A DNA stretch of 53,808 bases, taken from assembly GCA_031414855.1 (NCBI GenBank), contig JANOQK010000322.1, forward strand, positions 1-53,808, read 5' to 3'. Each line of letters starts with the position of its first letter. Within the stretch, counting starts at the first letter, position 1. The position numbers and the translations under genes are program-made. Of the stretch, positions 38,108 to 48,604 are shown one piece after another. The DNA comes from Bacteroidia bacterium. Its GTDB lineage: Bacteria > Bacteroidota > Bacteroidia > Cytophagales > Cyclobacteriaceae. The notes under the pieces were generated by a model that was given only the letters and a program-made list of their open reading frames with translations, made no database searches and was not told the DNA's origin.

Positions 38108-39610
38108 ATGACAAAGGCTATTAAACCACTTGTACAGCAAACCGATGTGGTGCTGATGGGGGCGGGAATTATGAGTGCAACCTTGGGGATGATTCTCAAA
38201 GAGCTTAAGCCGGATATCACCATTCAGATATTTGAACGCTTAGATGAGGCGGGTACTGAAAGTTCTGATGCCTGGCACAATGCTGGCACAGGTCATGCCG
38301 CCTTTTGCGAATTGAATTATACACCACAAAAGCCCGATGGTTCAATAGATATTTCAAAGGCTATCAAAATTGCTGAGGCATTTGAGATATCAAAAGAATT
38401 TTGGGCCTATCTGGTAGACAAAAAATATTTTCCAAACCCATCTGATTTCGTTTCGCCTATCCCTCACATAAGTTTTGTTTGGGGAGAAGCCAATGTTAAA
38501 TTTTTACGCCTGCGATACAACGCACTTCAGAGTAATCCTCTCTTCAAAGACATGATCTACACGGAGGATCGAGATCAGATTTCTCAATGGGCACCCATTG
38601 TCATGCAAGGCCGTGATGTAAGTCAGCCAGTAGCGGCAACCCGAATGGAAGTTGGCACGGATGTAAATTTCGGAACCCTTACCCGCGGCATGTTCAAGAA
38701 GTTAGAAAAGATGCCTGGTGTTACCATTCACTACAACATGGAAGCACTTGATCTTGATCCAGATGGCAAGGGAGGTTGGGATGTATTTGTAAGAAGTCTT
38801 CTGAGCGAACAGAAGCTGAAAGCAAACACAAAATTTGTTTTCATTGGAGCTGGTGGCGCAACGTTGCATTTATTAAAAAGAGCCGAGATTAAGGAACGTG
38901 ATGGATATGGTGGTTTTCCTGTAAGCGGACTGTGGTTACGATGTCTCAACAGGGAGTTAATTGAAAAGCATAGTGCAAAAGTGTATGGCAAAGCAAGCGT
39001 TGGTTCGCCTCCTATGTCGGTACCTCACGTTGATACCCGAATTATCGATGGAAAAAAAGAACTTTTGTTTGGCCCCTTTGCGGGATTCTCCACAAAGTTT
39101 TTGAAGAATGGTTCCTTGCTAGATCTACCCAAGTCAATTGGGTTTGATAATGCGATCCCTATGATTTTTGCGGGCATGAAGAACATGCCCCTGACAAAAT
39201 ATCTGATCGATCAAGTCCGTCAAACACCAGAACAGAGGCTTGCTGCATTAAGGGAATATGTTCCCGAAGCAAAGCTTGGAGATTGGCAATTGATGGAGGC
39301 GGGACAGCGTGTGCAGGTGATTAAAAAAGATAAAGAGCAAGGAGGTGTGTTGGAGTTTGGCACAGAAGTAGTGGTTTCAACAGATGGAACTGTGGCCGCA
39401 CTATTAGGCGCATCACCGGGTGCGTCAACGGCTGCAGCGGTGATGTTAGGCATACTTCCAAAATGTTTTAAAGTGCATGGCAAGTCAGTTCAATGGCAAA
39501 GTAAATTGAAAGAAATGATTCCTTCTTTCGGTCACGCCCTATCTCAGAACGAAAAGCAAATGCAGGAAACACGCGAGCGCACAGAAAAAATTCTTGGACT
39601 TAAAGGTTGA
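38108..39610 (+). CDS. mqo: Malate:quinone oxidoreductase
   Basis: GAGIMSATLG, NAGTGHAAFCELNYT, PPMSVPH, AGQRVQ and LLGASPGAST motifs. Confidence 0.96.
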   Translation: MTKAIKPLVQQTDVVLMGAGIMSATLGMILKELKPDITIQIFERLDEAGTESSDAWHNAGTGHAAFCELNYTPQKPDGSIDISKAIKIAEAFEISKEFWAYLVDKKYFPNPSDFVSPIPHISFVWGEANVKFLRLRYNALQSNPLFKDMIYTEDRDQISQWAPIVMQGRDVSQPVAATRMEVGTDVNFGTLTRGMFKKLEKMPGVTIHYNMEALDLDPDGKGGWDVFVRSLLSEQKLKANTKFVFIGAGGATLHLLKRAEIKERDGYGGFPVSGLWLRCLNRELIEKHSAKVYGKASVGSPPMSVPHVDTRIIDGKKELLFGPFAGFSTKFLKNGSLLDLPKSIGFDNAIPMIFAGMKNMPLTKYLIDQVRQTPEQRLAALREYVPEAKLGDWQLMEAGQRVQVIKKDKEQGGVLEFGTEVVVSTDGTVAALLGASPGASTAAAVMLGILPKCFKVHGKSVQWQSKLKEMIPSFGHALSQNEKQMQETRERTEKILGLKG

Positions 39611-39637
39611 TATTGACCAACAACAAAAGATTATTAG

Positions 39638-39952
39638 TTGGAAACTATTTATCATATTACAAAATCAAGCTGGTGGAATAAATTTTCTTCAACGGATCCG
39701 TATGAGTCGGAAACATTAAATGAGGAAGGATTTATCCATTGTTCAACACGTGAACAAGTAAGTGGAGTGTTGGAAAGGTACTATGCCAATCAAAGAGGAT
39801 TATTGCTCTTACATATCAAGCCCTCATTGCTCAAGGCTGAGTTAAAATATGAAGAGGCCACTTTTGGCCAATCTTTTCCCCATGTATATGGAAAGATAAA
39901 CCGGGATGCAATTGTTAAAGTAGAGGAGATAGTAAATCATAACGATGAATAG
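39638..39952 (+). CDS. DUF952 family protein
   Basis: IYHIT, EGFIHCST and FPHVYG motifs. Confidence 0.9.
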   Translation: METIYHITKSSWWNKFSSTDPYESETLNEEGFIHCSTREQVSGVLERYYANQRGLLLLHIKPSLLKAELKYEEATFGQSFPHVYGKINRDAIVKVEEIVNHNDE

Positions 39953-41399
39953 TATGTTCAAACGAATTACAATCTTTTTATTTGGTGCCCTGTTTTTCTT
40001 GATAGCCATCATTCTCGTCAACACATTTACATTCTCCTCCATGCAGGGAAATGAGGAGGTACTACCGCCACCCGAAATAAGGCCAGAATCTCTGCAGCAC
40101 TTTCAACAAGCGATAAAGTTTAAAACAATTTCGTTTGGAGATCCTACTCTGTTTGATTCAACACAGTTCATTGGCTTCAGAAGATTTTTGGAAAGAACCT
40201 ATCCCAATTTTCACAATAAGCTTACTCGGGAGATTATTGCAGACTACTCGTTGCTCTATAAATGGGAAGGAAAAAATTCTTCCCTGAATCCCTTTATATT
40301 AATGGCTCATCAGGATGTGGTACCTATCGAGGTAGCAACACGGTCAATGTGGACAGTGGATCCTTTTGCGGGCGAGATTAAAGAAGAATTTATTTGGGGC
40401 CGGGGTACAACTGATGACAAGATCAATCTCATTTCAATTTTTGAGGTAACGGAAAAACTTCTTCAGCAAAATTATCAACCTGAACGAACCATCTACTTTG
40501 CTTTTGGACATGATGAAGAAGTTGGTGGAACAGGAGCAAAAGCAATAGCTGAACTTATGAAATCGCGCAACATAATAGCCGATTTAGTATTGGACGAGGG
40601 AGGAATTATAACCAATGAGAAGGTTCCCAACATGAGTCAGCCGGTTGCGCTTTTGGGCACATCCGAAAAAGGATATTTGTCATTAGATCTAACTGTAGAA
40701 AAAAGTGGAGGCCATTCCTCACAGCCAGCTAAGGAAACAGCGATTGATATTTTAGCAGCAGCCTTATTAAAAATCAGAGAGAATCCTTTTGCGGCAAATA
40801 TTTCAGAATCAACACAAGGGTTTTTGAATTATATAGGACCGGAGATGCCCTTTATTCAAAAATTGATTTTTGCTAATCAGTGGCTATTTGAAGGATTGAT
40901 TATTAGCATTTATGAAAAGAGCCCCACCGGAAATGCAGTGATGCGAACAACCGCTGTGCCCACTATTATTGAATCCGGAATTAAAGATAATGTAGTTCCA
41001 ACGCTAGCCACCGCCACAGTTAACTTCCGATTGCTTCCAGGAGACGAAATCAAAGAAGTGATCGAGCTGGTGAGACAAAAAATAGATGATGAACGTGTAA
41101 AAATTTCTACCGCTAACTCTTTTTTGGCGGAGGCATCTTCTGTGACATCTGTTAACAGTTTAGCCTTTGAAAAAGTGAATGAAGCCGTTTTGAAAACATC
41201 ACCCAACACAATAGTTGCTCCCTTACTTCTTATTGGCGGAACAGATTCTCGCCACTTTGGTGAAATCTCAACAGGAATCATTAAGTTCAGTCCTATGATT
41301 GACCCAATAGGTTTTCATGGAATTGATGAGCGAGTCAGCTTGGAAAGCTATCAAACAGCACTTTGGTTTTATGAACAATTGCTTAAGGATTTGAAATAA
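39945..41399 (+). CDS. M20 family peptidase (carboxypeptidase S / PM20D1-like)
   Basis: AHQDVVP, GRGTTDDK, GHDEE, DEGG, GGHSS, GTDSRHF and HGIDER motifs. Confidence 0.92.
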   Translation: MNSMFKRITIFLFGALFFLIAIILVNTFTFSSMQGNEEVLPPPEIRPESLQHFQQAIKFKTISFGDPTLFDSTQFIGFRRFLERTYPNFHNKLTREIIADYSLLYKWEGKNSSLNPFILMAHQDVVPIEVATRSMWTVDPFAGEIKEEFIWGRGTTDDKINLISIFEVTEKLLQQNYQPERTIYFAFGHDEEVGGTGAKAIAELMKSRNIIADLVLDEGGIITNEKVPNMSQPVALLGTSEKGYLSLDLTVEKSGGHSSQPAKETAIDILAAALLKIRENPFAANISESTQGFLNYIGPEMPFIQKLIFANQWLFEGLIISIYEKSPTGNAVMRTTAVPTIIESGIKDNVVPTLATATVNFRLLPGDEIKEVIELVRQKIDDERVKISTANSFLAEASSVTSVNSLAFEKVNEAVLKTSPNTIVAPLLLIGGTDSRHFGEISTGIIKFSPMIDPIGFHGIDERVSLESYQTALWFYEQLLKDLK

Positions 41400-41669
41400 C
41401 CCCGCACACCCGGTAATTTTATTTCCTTATTGGAATTCGACAATAGTTCCACTCACCGGTTTGGTCGATCGCGGCTATCAAGGCAAGGTAGTTGTGCCAA
41501 TACAAAAACGATTAGTGCAATTATTATAGCAAGGCCTTATTTTGCTATCGGAAAGCATAACCCCTTTGTATTCCAACGAATTGACAATAATTGGGGTCTA
41601 AAATGAAATTTGTTATCTTGTGAAGACGTTTCTAAATATGATTTGCAGGAGATCTTAATTTCAACACAT

Positions 41670-42848
41670 ATGAAACAAGTCACGCTTTTAGTATCCTCGA
41701 TAATTTTGGGATTGATTTTTCTTCAGTGCGAATCATTTGAAGAAACTAGTCCAACTCAAATGAAATTGGACTTGCCACAAACTCCTTTTGAATACAACGT
41801 GTCGGGTGCGTCTGATCAACTGGTCACACTTGGAAGAGTTTTATTTTACGATCCCCGCCTTTCTATCAATAACACGGTTTCCTGCGGAAGTTGTCATAAG
41901 CAAGCACTAGCGTTTTCTGATAATACAAAATTTAGCCGCGGCTTTGAGAATAGGTTAACAACCAGAAACTCAATGCCCATTCAAAATATTATTTCAAATG
42001 TGTTTCGTACAAATGTATCAACAGGAGAAAAACAGGACTCCATTGTATCCATAGAGCCTTCCATAAACCCAAAGGGAGAAAATCAGCCTGCAGGCTACCT
42101 GCCCGGAGTTGTTAATCCACCTGAATTTTTTTTAAATGCTTCGACTCTGTTTTGGGACGGGCGCGAGCATGAACTTGATGTAATGGTAACAAGACCTATT
42201 ATCAATCACATTGAAATGGGCATTCATGATCTGGAAATATTAGCCCAAAAACTTTCGCAGATTCCTGACTATCAAAATTTATTTGACAATGCTTTCAACA
42301 AAAAGGAATTCACCAGCAGAAACATTTCATTAGGCTTGAGTGCTTTTCTTTTGAGTATTCGCTCAGACCAGTCCAAACTTGATAAAGCCTTTTCCGGTAG
42401 TGATGGTGGTAACCATCTTACAGGGCAAGAGCAATTGGGAAGAGATTTATTTTTTAATAAGTTCGATTGCAACGGTTGTCATCAGAGCAATGGTTTTGCA
42501 AACATTGGCCTGGATGGTACCGGTGGAGATGTAGGACAATTTTTAGCAACAGGGGAAACCAAGGATATGGGTAAATTTAAAATTCCGTCATTAAGGAATG
42601 TTGAACTTACTGGTCCCTATATGCATGATGGCCGGTTTAAAACTCTGGAAGAGGTACTAGACCACTACAGTCAAGGAATAATCAATAATCAAAATCTTGA
42701 TTCTCGCTTGAGGGGAATTGATAATCGGGCCAGACAAATGAACATACAAGCTTCAGAGAAGAAAGCAATCATCGCCTTTTTAAATACCCTCACGGATTAT
42801 GAAATGATAACAGATCCAAAGTTGTCTAATCCTTTCAAGGCCAATTAA
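41670..42848 (+). CDS. Di-haem cytochrome c peroxidase / MauG-MbnH family lipoprotein
   Basis: CGSCH and CNGCH haem motifs; FWDGR, FKIPSLRNV and PYMHDG; start taken at ATG 41670. Confidence 0.9.
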   Translation: MKQVTLLVSSIILGLIFLQCESFEETSPTQMKLDLPQTPFEYNVSGASDQLVTLGRVLFYDPRLSINNTVSCGSCHKQALAFSDNTKFSRGFENRLTTRNSMPIQNIISNVFRTNVSTGEKQDSIVSIEPSINPKGENQPAGYLPGVVNPPEFFLNASTLFWDGREHELDVMVTRPIINHIEMGIHDLEILAQKLSQIPDYQNLFDNAFNKKEFTSRNISLGLSAFLLSIRSDQSKLDKAFSGSDGGNHLTGQEQLGRDLFFNKFDCNGCHQSNGFANIGLDGTGGDVGQFLATGETKDMGKFKIPSLRNVELTGPYMHDGRFKTLEEVLDHYSQGIINNQNLDSRLRGIDNRARQMNIQASEKKAIIAFLNTLTDYEMITDPKLSNPFKAN

Positions 42849-42900
42849 TTTATAGTTAAAGCTTGACTGTATATCCCGGTTCATCCAAACCCATGTTAAA

Positions 42901-44196
42901 ATGAAGTGCCTGCAATTGATCACAATCATTGTCATTACTTCGTTAGGTGTAAATGGACAGTCCCTTTTTGAAAAAGGTTATTTTATTGATTTGCAAGGCA
43001 AGAAGACAGAGTGCTATATCAAGCTGGAAGATTGGCATAATCAGCCCGGCATTCACTATCGAATGAAATCGAAAGACTCAAAACTTGAGGAAATTAGTCG
43101 TATAAAAGAATTTGGTGTAAAAGAGGATTTGAAATACATCAAAGTAAAAACCAGTATTGATATCTCCGGTGATGAAGAAAGTTTGCTAAGCCTGGAACAA
43201 AATCCAGAATGGCAGGAAGAAGAACTATTTCTGAGAGTGCTTGTGGAGGGAAAAATTAGTTTATATGCGTTTGAAGTTAAAGGCATGAAGCGATACTTCT
43301 TCAATGAAGACAGTGCGCAGGTGCAGCAACTCGTTTTCAAAAGATACAAAACACACACAGGCGTGCAAACTAATCTTACCTATCAAAGCACTTTGTTTAA
43401 TCTATTTAATTGTATGGACAGTACTATGCGATACTTCAACACCATAAAATATAACAGCACAGATTTGACAAAGGTATTTGAAACAATAAATTCATGCGAA
43501 GGCGCTCCGTCTACCATCTATGAGACTACAATCGAGACGATGGTTATCGCTGGCTCTATGCCATTCACGGAAACAAAGAAGAGGGCTGGCTCCGTTGATT
43601 TACCGGAGAAAGAAAAACTAATACCACTAACTAATCACTATCTGGGTATAGTAGCTAATCAATTGTTGCGGCAACTATTCAACTTTGGCGGAGGTAATAG
43701 CTCTTTCAATGCTCCGTATCTTCTTCAATACGCAATTAATTCAAAAAAGAATGGGAAAGGCGGTAACATTGGATTGACCTACGACAAGAATTCATTTACA
43801 GATAATTCAAATGGCACAACGCGGAATACAATCAATAGCAATTTTTCTTACCGGATGGGATATGACTACAAGAAGGATTGGGGAAAGAGGTGGATTGGTA
43901 TTTTCGGAGTGGATTTTTTGATCGATAAATCAAAAAGCAAAACAGATAACCCAGCGCAAGTTGGAGGACAAGGCTTTTCGATCGAATCGTCCACAAAAGG
44001 TTGGGGCTTTGGTCCCCGGTTTGGTCTTCTCTTTCGCATAAGTGATAAAGTACTGCTGGGTACGGATGCCTCTTGTTACGTTAAATCTTCAAAGAGCACC
44101 CAAATAATTCCCGGCCAACCAAATTCAAATCAAAAGTTTACAACCTTTAATCTTAGCCTTCCTGTAGCGTTGTTTTTGACTGTACAACTTAGGTAG
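42901..44196 (+). CDS. Exported protein with probable C-terminal outer-membrane beta-barrel
   Basis: Signal peptide, FLRVLVEGKISLY N-terminal domain, alternating amphipathic strands at the C-terminus. Confidence 0.7.
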   Translation: MKCLQLITIIVITSLGVNGQSLFEKGYFIDLQGKKTECYIKLEDWHNQPGIHYRMKSKDSKLEEISRIKEFGVKEDLKYIKVKTSIDISGDEESLLSLEQNPEWQEEELFLRVLVEGKISLYAFEVKGMKRYFFNEDSAQVQQLVFKRYKTHTGVQTNLTYQSTLFNLFNCMDSTMRYFNTIKYNSTDLTKVFETINSCEGAPSTIYETTIETMVIAGSMPFTETKKRAGSVDLPEKEKLIPLTNHYLGIVANQLLRQLFNFGGGNSSFNAPYLLQYAINSKKNGKGGNIGLTYDKNSFTDNSNGTTRNTINSNFSYRMGYDYKKDWGKRWIGIFGVDFLIDKSKSKTDNPAQVGGQGFSIESSTKGWGFGPRFGLLFRISDKVLLGTDASCYVKSSKSTQIIPGQPNSNQKFTTFNLSLPVALFLTVQLR

Positions 44197-44331
44197 AAAG
44201 CTCATTCACTCGTCAACGACTTCTCCGGGTAGCTCGATGCAGCCTTGAACTATTGAAAGCTTGTCGTTACCAAGTTGATTTGTCGATTAACGCCAACGTC
44301 TCATTTACTTTTTATGTAAATTGAATCCGAC

Positions 44332-45198
44332 ATGAGAGCTATCTACCTGTTCATTACTCTTTTTCTTGCCTGGTGTGTCATCTGCGCACGGTGGTATATG
44401 TTTAGCGTGAAGGGTTTAAGCACTGAACCTGTTCATTTTGATCCCCATGAAACAACGATAGCAATCGTGGAAATACTCTTCATGGTGCTGATTGCTTTTT
44501 TGCTCGGGTTTACCATTGCCTGGCTATTGCGCGAAACAGGGTACAAGCAAAGGCAAACACATATTCAAGAACTTCAATCGGAAAGATTGATGATTCACAA
44601 CAGCCAGCAACAGCAGAAAGAACAAATCCGAAAACAAGAAAGAGAGCTTAATCAATTACGTGAAGACTTTTTAGAATCCTCACGTGAAAACGAAAAGCTT
44701 AAGACGGAGCTGGAAAAAGGCACAGAGGATGGAAATGAATGGCAGAGAGAACCCCAAATACTTCAGCCAAAAATTGTGCAGGCTTATTCAGAGCTTGGAT
44801 TGCTGAGGTTTAGTATTAGGCAAATGGAAAGTCAGCTCCTTGAAAAGCATGAGGCCTTTCAAAAACTGCAAGAAGAGCTCGATGAGTGTAAATCACACAG
44901 AAGGTATGAACGCAAGGAGCCCGTCTTCTCCGATTTTATAAGCGATCAGATCCTTCCAGGCGTCTCTCAGGGGGATGTCGATGAAAAAGATGATTTGAAA
45001 GAAATCGGAGGCATTGGTCCGGCCATCGAAAAGAAACTAAATAGCCTGGGCATTAATTCTTTTAAGCAAATCAGCGAGCTGACTGAAGTTTCATCCCAAC
45101 AAATTTCCGATGCCATCAAATTCTTCCCCGGCCGAATTGAGCGTGACCGCTGGGTGGAGCAGGCGTCCAGACTTTATCTGGAAAAACTTCGAAAATAG
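44332..45198 (+). CDS. Membrane coiled-coil protein with C-terminal helix-hairpin-helix (DUF4332-like) domain
   Basis: Two TMs, coiled coil, DDLKEIGGIGPAIEKKLNSLGI...GRIERDRWVEQA. Confidence 0.8.
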   Translation: MRAIYLFITLFLAWCVICARWYMFSVKGLSTEPVHFDPHETTIAIVEILFMVLIAFLLGFTIAWLLRETGYKQRQTHIQELQSERLMIHNSQQQQKEQIRKQERELNQLREDFLESSRENEKLKTELEKGTEDGNEWQREPQILQPKIVQAYSELGLLRFSIRQMESQLLEKHEAFQKLQEELDECKSHRRYERKEPVFSDFISDQILPGVSQGDVDEKDDLKEIGGIGPAIEKKLNSLGINSFKQISELTEVSSQQISDAIKFFPGRIERDRWVEQASRLYLEKLRK

Positions 45199-45245
45199 TT
45201 TCGAGCGACCGCTCCCCATTCCTGCAAAAAAAATTATTCAAGTAG

Positions 45246-45257
45246 TATGCATGCATA
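45246..45257. promoter_or_regulatory. Palindromic operator upstream of the marR-fad operon
   Basis: TATGCATGCATA perfect palindrome just upstream of a TACCTTCG -7-like element. Confidence 0.55.
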
Positions 45258-45293
45258 ACAAATTTCTTCTACCTTCGTCATCGTTTGCAAAAG

Positions 45294-45746
45294 ATGAAAA
45301 GGGAAGAAACCGTAGATTATAATATTAAGGCAGCCTGGCACTCTATTGCCAGAATGTACAATCAGCAAGCTTTAAAATACGATGGCACGATGTCAATGGG
45401 TTTTGCCCTGTTGAACATACATTCAGAAGAAGGAACACCAGCCACTAAAATTGCTCCTTTAATGGGACTTGAAGCTAGAAGTTTAACCAGATTGCTCAAG
45501 TCAATGGAGGAAAAGGGACTCATTTATCGTAAAGCGGATAAAACCGACAAGCGTTCTGTTAGAATACTCCTGACGAAAGAGGGAAAAAAGATGAAGGAAA
45601 ACTCCCGTGAAACAGTTTTGCGTTTTAATGATGCGGTGCGGCAGGAGATATCGAATCAAAAGCTGAATGTTTTTTTTGAAGTGTTGCAAAACATAAATCT
45701 GATTATCGAAAAAAATAATGTTTACGAAACCAAATTTGTCAATTAG
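45294..45746 (+). CDS. MarR family transcriptional regulator
   Basis: SLTRLLKSMEEKGLIYR..DKRSVRILLTKEG winged HTH; start taken at ATG 45294. Confidence 0.93.
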   Translation: MKREETVDYNIKAAWHSIARMYNQQALKYDGTMSMGFALLNIHSEEGTPATKIAPLMGLEARSLTRLLKSMEEKGLIYRKADKTDKRSVRILLTKEGKKMKENSRETVLRFNDAVRQEISNQKLNVFFEVLQNINLIIEKNNVYETKFVN

Positions 45747-45804
45747 CCAATGAATCGATATGCCAATTGGCCCATTGTCGAATTGACGCATTTATCAATT
45801 ATAC
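45741..45804. repeat. Period-8 degenerate repeat array between marR and fadN
   Basis: AATTAGCC AATGAATC GATATGCC AATTGGCC CATTGTCG AATTGACG CATTTATC AATTATAC. Confidence 0.6.
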
Positions 45805-45805
45805 T

Positions 45806-48205
45806 ATGAACCGTACCATCCGAAAAGTAGCTGTATTAGGATCAGGCATTATGGGCTCGCGCATTGCATGCCACTTCGCCAACATTGGTGTTGATGTGCT
45901 ATTGCTTGACATCGCCCCTAAAGAACTCACCGATGATGAAAAGAAAAAGGGATTGACGCTGGATCATCCAGCAGTAAAGAACAGAATTGTTAATAGCGCC
46001 TTTGATTCAACCCTGAAAGGAAGCCCAGCGCCCCTTTTTAGCAAGAAGTTTGCGTCCAGAGTTAAACTTGGCAACTTCACGGATGACATGTCCAAAATCA
46101 AAAATTACGATTGGACGATTGAGGTGGTGGTAGAAAATCTGGACATCAAGAAAAAGGTGTATGAAGAAGTCGAAAAGCACAGAACCCCAGGAACACTAAT
46201 CACATCCAATACATCGGGCATTCCTATTCACCTGATGGCCGAAGGCCGAAGCGAAGATTTTCAAAAGCACTTTGCCGGAACACACTTTTTTAATCCTCCC
46301 CGTTATTTAAAATTATTTGAAGTAATACCCACAGCAAAGACAGACAAGGAAGTTGTAAAGTTTCTGATGCATTATGGCGATCTCTATCTTGGAAAGACCA
46401 CCGTGCTTTGTAAAGACACACCTGCTTTCATTGGAAACAGAATAGGTATGTATGGATTGCTGAAGGTTATTGACTCTATGAATAAATTCGATCTCAATGT
46501 TGATGAGATTGATAAACTCACAGGTCCGGTTATTGGAAGACCTAAGTCGGCAACGTTTAGAACGTCTGATGTAGTGGGCCTAGATACCATGGTGAAAGTA
46601 GCCAATAATCTTTACGCTGGCCTTCCCAATGATGAGGCACGAGAAATTTTTAAACTATCGGATGTTGTCAATAAACTTGAACAAAACAAATGGTTAGGTG
46701 ATAAAACCGGACAAGGCTTTTATAAGAAGACTAAGAACGCAAAAGGAGAAACAGAAATTCTGACGCTTGATCTAAAGTCATTTGAATATAAGCCCAAGAC
46801 AAAAGTAAAGTTCGCCACACTGGAGACGACCAAGACGATTGATAATCTGAAGGATCGCTTCAAAGTACTATTGGCGGGCAAAGACAAAGCCGGGGATTTT
46901 TACCGTGATTGTTTTTATGGACTGTTTCAATACGTCACTAATCGTATTCCGGAGATTAGCGATGAGCTTTTCAGAATAGATGATGCTGTAAGCGCTGGTT
47001 ATGGATGGGATCTCGGTCCGTTTGAAACATGGGATTGCGTTGGAGTTGAAAAGAGCATTCCGCTAATGGAGGCCGCTGGCTACAAGCCAAATCAATGGGT
47101 GTATGACATGCTTGCTGCAGGAAACAAATCTTTTTATAAAGCAGAAGGTGGTCAAAAGAAATATTACGATATACCAAGTAAGTCTTACAAATCAATTCCA
47201 GGTAGAGAAAGCTTTATCATCCTTGAGACCAAGAGCGAAAATGTCATTTGGAAAAATGCAGACTCGAAAGTAACAGATCTGGGAGATGGTGTGATTGACT
47301 TCTCATGGTATTCAAAAAGTTATACGCTTGGAAGCGCGGTGGTTGAGGGCTTGAACAAAGCGATTGATCTTGCTGAGAAAGATTACCGAGGCTTAGTAGT
47401 GGGACATCAAGGCTCTGATTTTTCGTTAGGCGCAAATCTTGGTCTGGTATTTATGTATGCCATCGAACAAGACTACGATGAGATTGATTTCATGGTGCGT
47501 GCGTTTCAGAATTCAGTAATGAGAATCCGTTACTCCTCAGTTCCGGTTGTGGTTTGCCCACAAGGCAGAACATTGGGTGGTGGTTGTGAAATGACCATGC
47601 ATGCCGACCGAGCAGTGGCCGCAGCCGAAACCTATATTGGATTGGTTGAAGTGGGAGTTGGACTAATCCCGGGTGGAGGTGGAACCAAAGAATTTACAAA
47701 GCGTGTTAGCGATAGTATTGAAGAAGGAGATATTGAATTGAATGCCTTGCAAAATGCTTTGATGAACATTGCAACTGCGAAAGTTGCCACATCCGCACAA
47801 GAAGCAAGAGAGATGGGAATCCTTCGCTCGTTTGATCAGGTGAGTATGAACCGCGACAGACAAATTGCCGATGCAAAACTTGCTGTGCTCGAGTTAGCAG
47901 ACGCTGGCTATACGATGCCACAACAAGCAAAAAACATTAAAGTGCAAGGTCGATCTGGTTTGGCCTTGTTCATGGCCGGCCTTAGTGGGATGAGAATGGG
48001 TAAATACATCTCTGATCACGATATGAAAGTATCGATGAAGATAGCCAATATAATGTGTGGAGGCGATTTGACTTCTCCACAGGAAGTGAGCGAACAGTAT
48101 TTACTTGACCTGGAAAGAGAAGCGTTTGTTTCATTAACCGGAGAGAAGAAAACACTGGAAAGAATACAGGCGATATTGACGGGAGGGAAACCATTGAGAA
48201 ACTAG
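45806..48205 (+). CDS. fadN: 3-hydroxyacyl-CoA dehydrogenase / enoyl-CoA hydratase (FadN-type)
   Basis: VLGSGIMG, SNTSG and HFFNPPRY motifs; C-terminal crotonase domain (GGGCE, VGLIPGGGG); start at ATG 45806. Confidence 0.92.
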   Translation: MNRTIRKVAVLGSGIMGSRIACHFANIGVDVLLLDIAPKELTDDEKKKGLTLDHPAVKNRIVNSAFDSTLKGSPAPLFSKKFASRVKLGNFTDDMSKIKNYDWTIEVVVENLDIKKKVYEEVEKHRTPGTLITSNTSGIPIHLMAEGRSEDFQKHFAGTHFFNPPRYLKLFEVIPTAKTDKEVVKFLMHYGDLYLGKTTVLCKDTPAFIGNRIGMYGLLKVIDSMNKFDLNVDEIDKLTGPVIGRPKSATFRTSDVVGLDTMVKVANNLYAGLPNDEAREIFKLSDVVNKLEQNKWLGDKTGQGFYKKTKNAKGETEILTLDLKSFEYKPKTKVKFATLETTKTIDNLKDRFKVLLAGKDKAGDFYRDCFYGLFQYVTNRIPEISDELFRIDDAVSAGYGWDLGPFETWDCVGVEKSIPLMEAAGYKPNQWVYDMLAAGNKSFYKAEGGQKKYYDIPSKSYKSIPGRESFIILETKSENVIWKNADSKVTDLGDGVIDFSWYSKSYTLGSAVVEGLNKAIDLAEKDYRGLVVGHQGSDFSLGANLGLVFMYAIEQDYDEIDFMVRAFQNSVMRIRYSSVPVVVCPQGRTLGGGCEMTMHADRAVAAAETYIGLVEVGVGLIPGGGGTKEFTKRVSDSIEEGDIELNALQNALMNIATAKVATSAQEAREMGILRSFDQVSMNRDRQIADAKLAVLELADAGYTMPQQAKNIKVQGRSGLALFMAGLSGMRMGKYISDHDMKVSMKIANIMCGGDLTSPQEVSEQYLLDLEREAFVSLTGEKKTLERIQAILTGGKPLRN

Positions 48206-48231
48206 TATTGAGTAGTTAGTATTTAGTCCTT
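48204..48231 (+). repeat. Left heptamer array flanking the four-helix-bundle gene
   Basis: AGTATTG AGTAGTT AGTATTT AGTCCTT. Confidence 0.9.
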
Positions 48232-48247
48232 AGACAGACCATTCAAA

Positions 48248-48604
48248 ATGAATAACTACAAAGAGCTAAAAGTCTGGCAAAAATCTGTTGATTTGGCAGT
48301 CAAGATTTATGAGGCGACCAAGAATTTTCCTCGTGAAGAGATCTATGGATTGACCTCTCAGATAAGACGTAGCGCTGTTTCAATTCCCTCTAATATTGCG
48401 GAAGGCGCAGGAAGAAATTCGAAGAAGGACTTCAATAATTTTCCGGGGATTTCAAATGGTTCATCATGTGAATTAGAGACACAGTTAATCATTGCGAATA
48501 GAGTAGATTTTCTGAACTCAAAGATTTTGGATGAACTTCAAAAGGACTTGACCGAGATTCAGAAAATGAATTGGGCATTACAAAACAGCTTAACTAAATA
48601 CTAA
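48248..48604 (+). CDS. Four helix bundle protein (23S rRNA IVS-protein-like family)
   Basis: YKELKVWQKS, FPREEIYGLTSQIRRSAVSIPSNIAEG and GSSCELETQL motifs. Confidence 0.93.
   Translation: MNNYKELKVWQKSVDLAVKIYEATKNFPREEIYGLTSQIRRSAVSIPSNIAEGAGRNSKKDFNNFPGISNGSSCELETQLIIANRVDFLNSKILDELQKDLTEIQKMNWALQNSLTKY

Noticed and set aside
39740-39757. CACGTG-centred sequence as a third parS
   Set aside because: Flanks do not fit the parS consensus and it lies in coding sequence
45767-45805. N-terminal extension of FadN (MAHCRIDAFINYT)
   Set aside because: Read-through of the octamer array from a TTG; the family N-terminus begins at ATG 45806
48440-48448. Pro (FPG) in a predicted helix of the four-helix-bundle protein as proof of pseudogenisation
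   Set aside because: A single substitution in an otherwise intact ORF; cannot distinguish tolerance, decay or sequencing error
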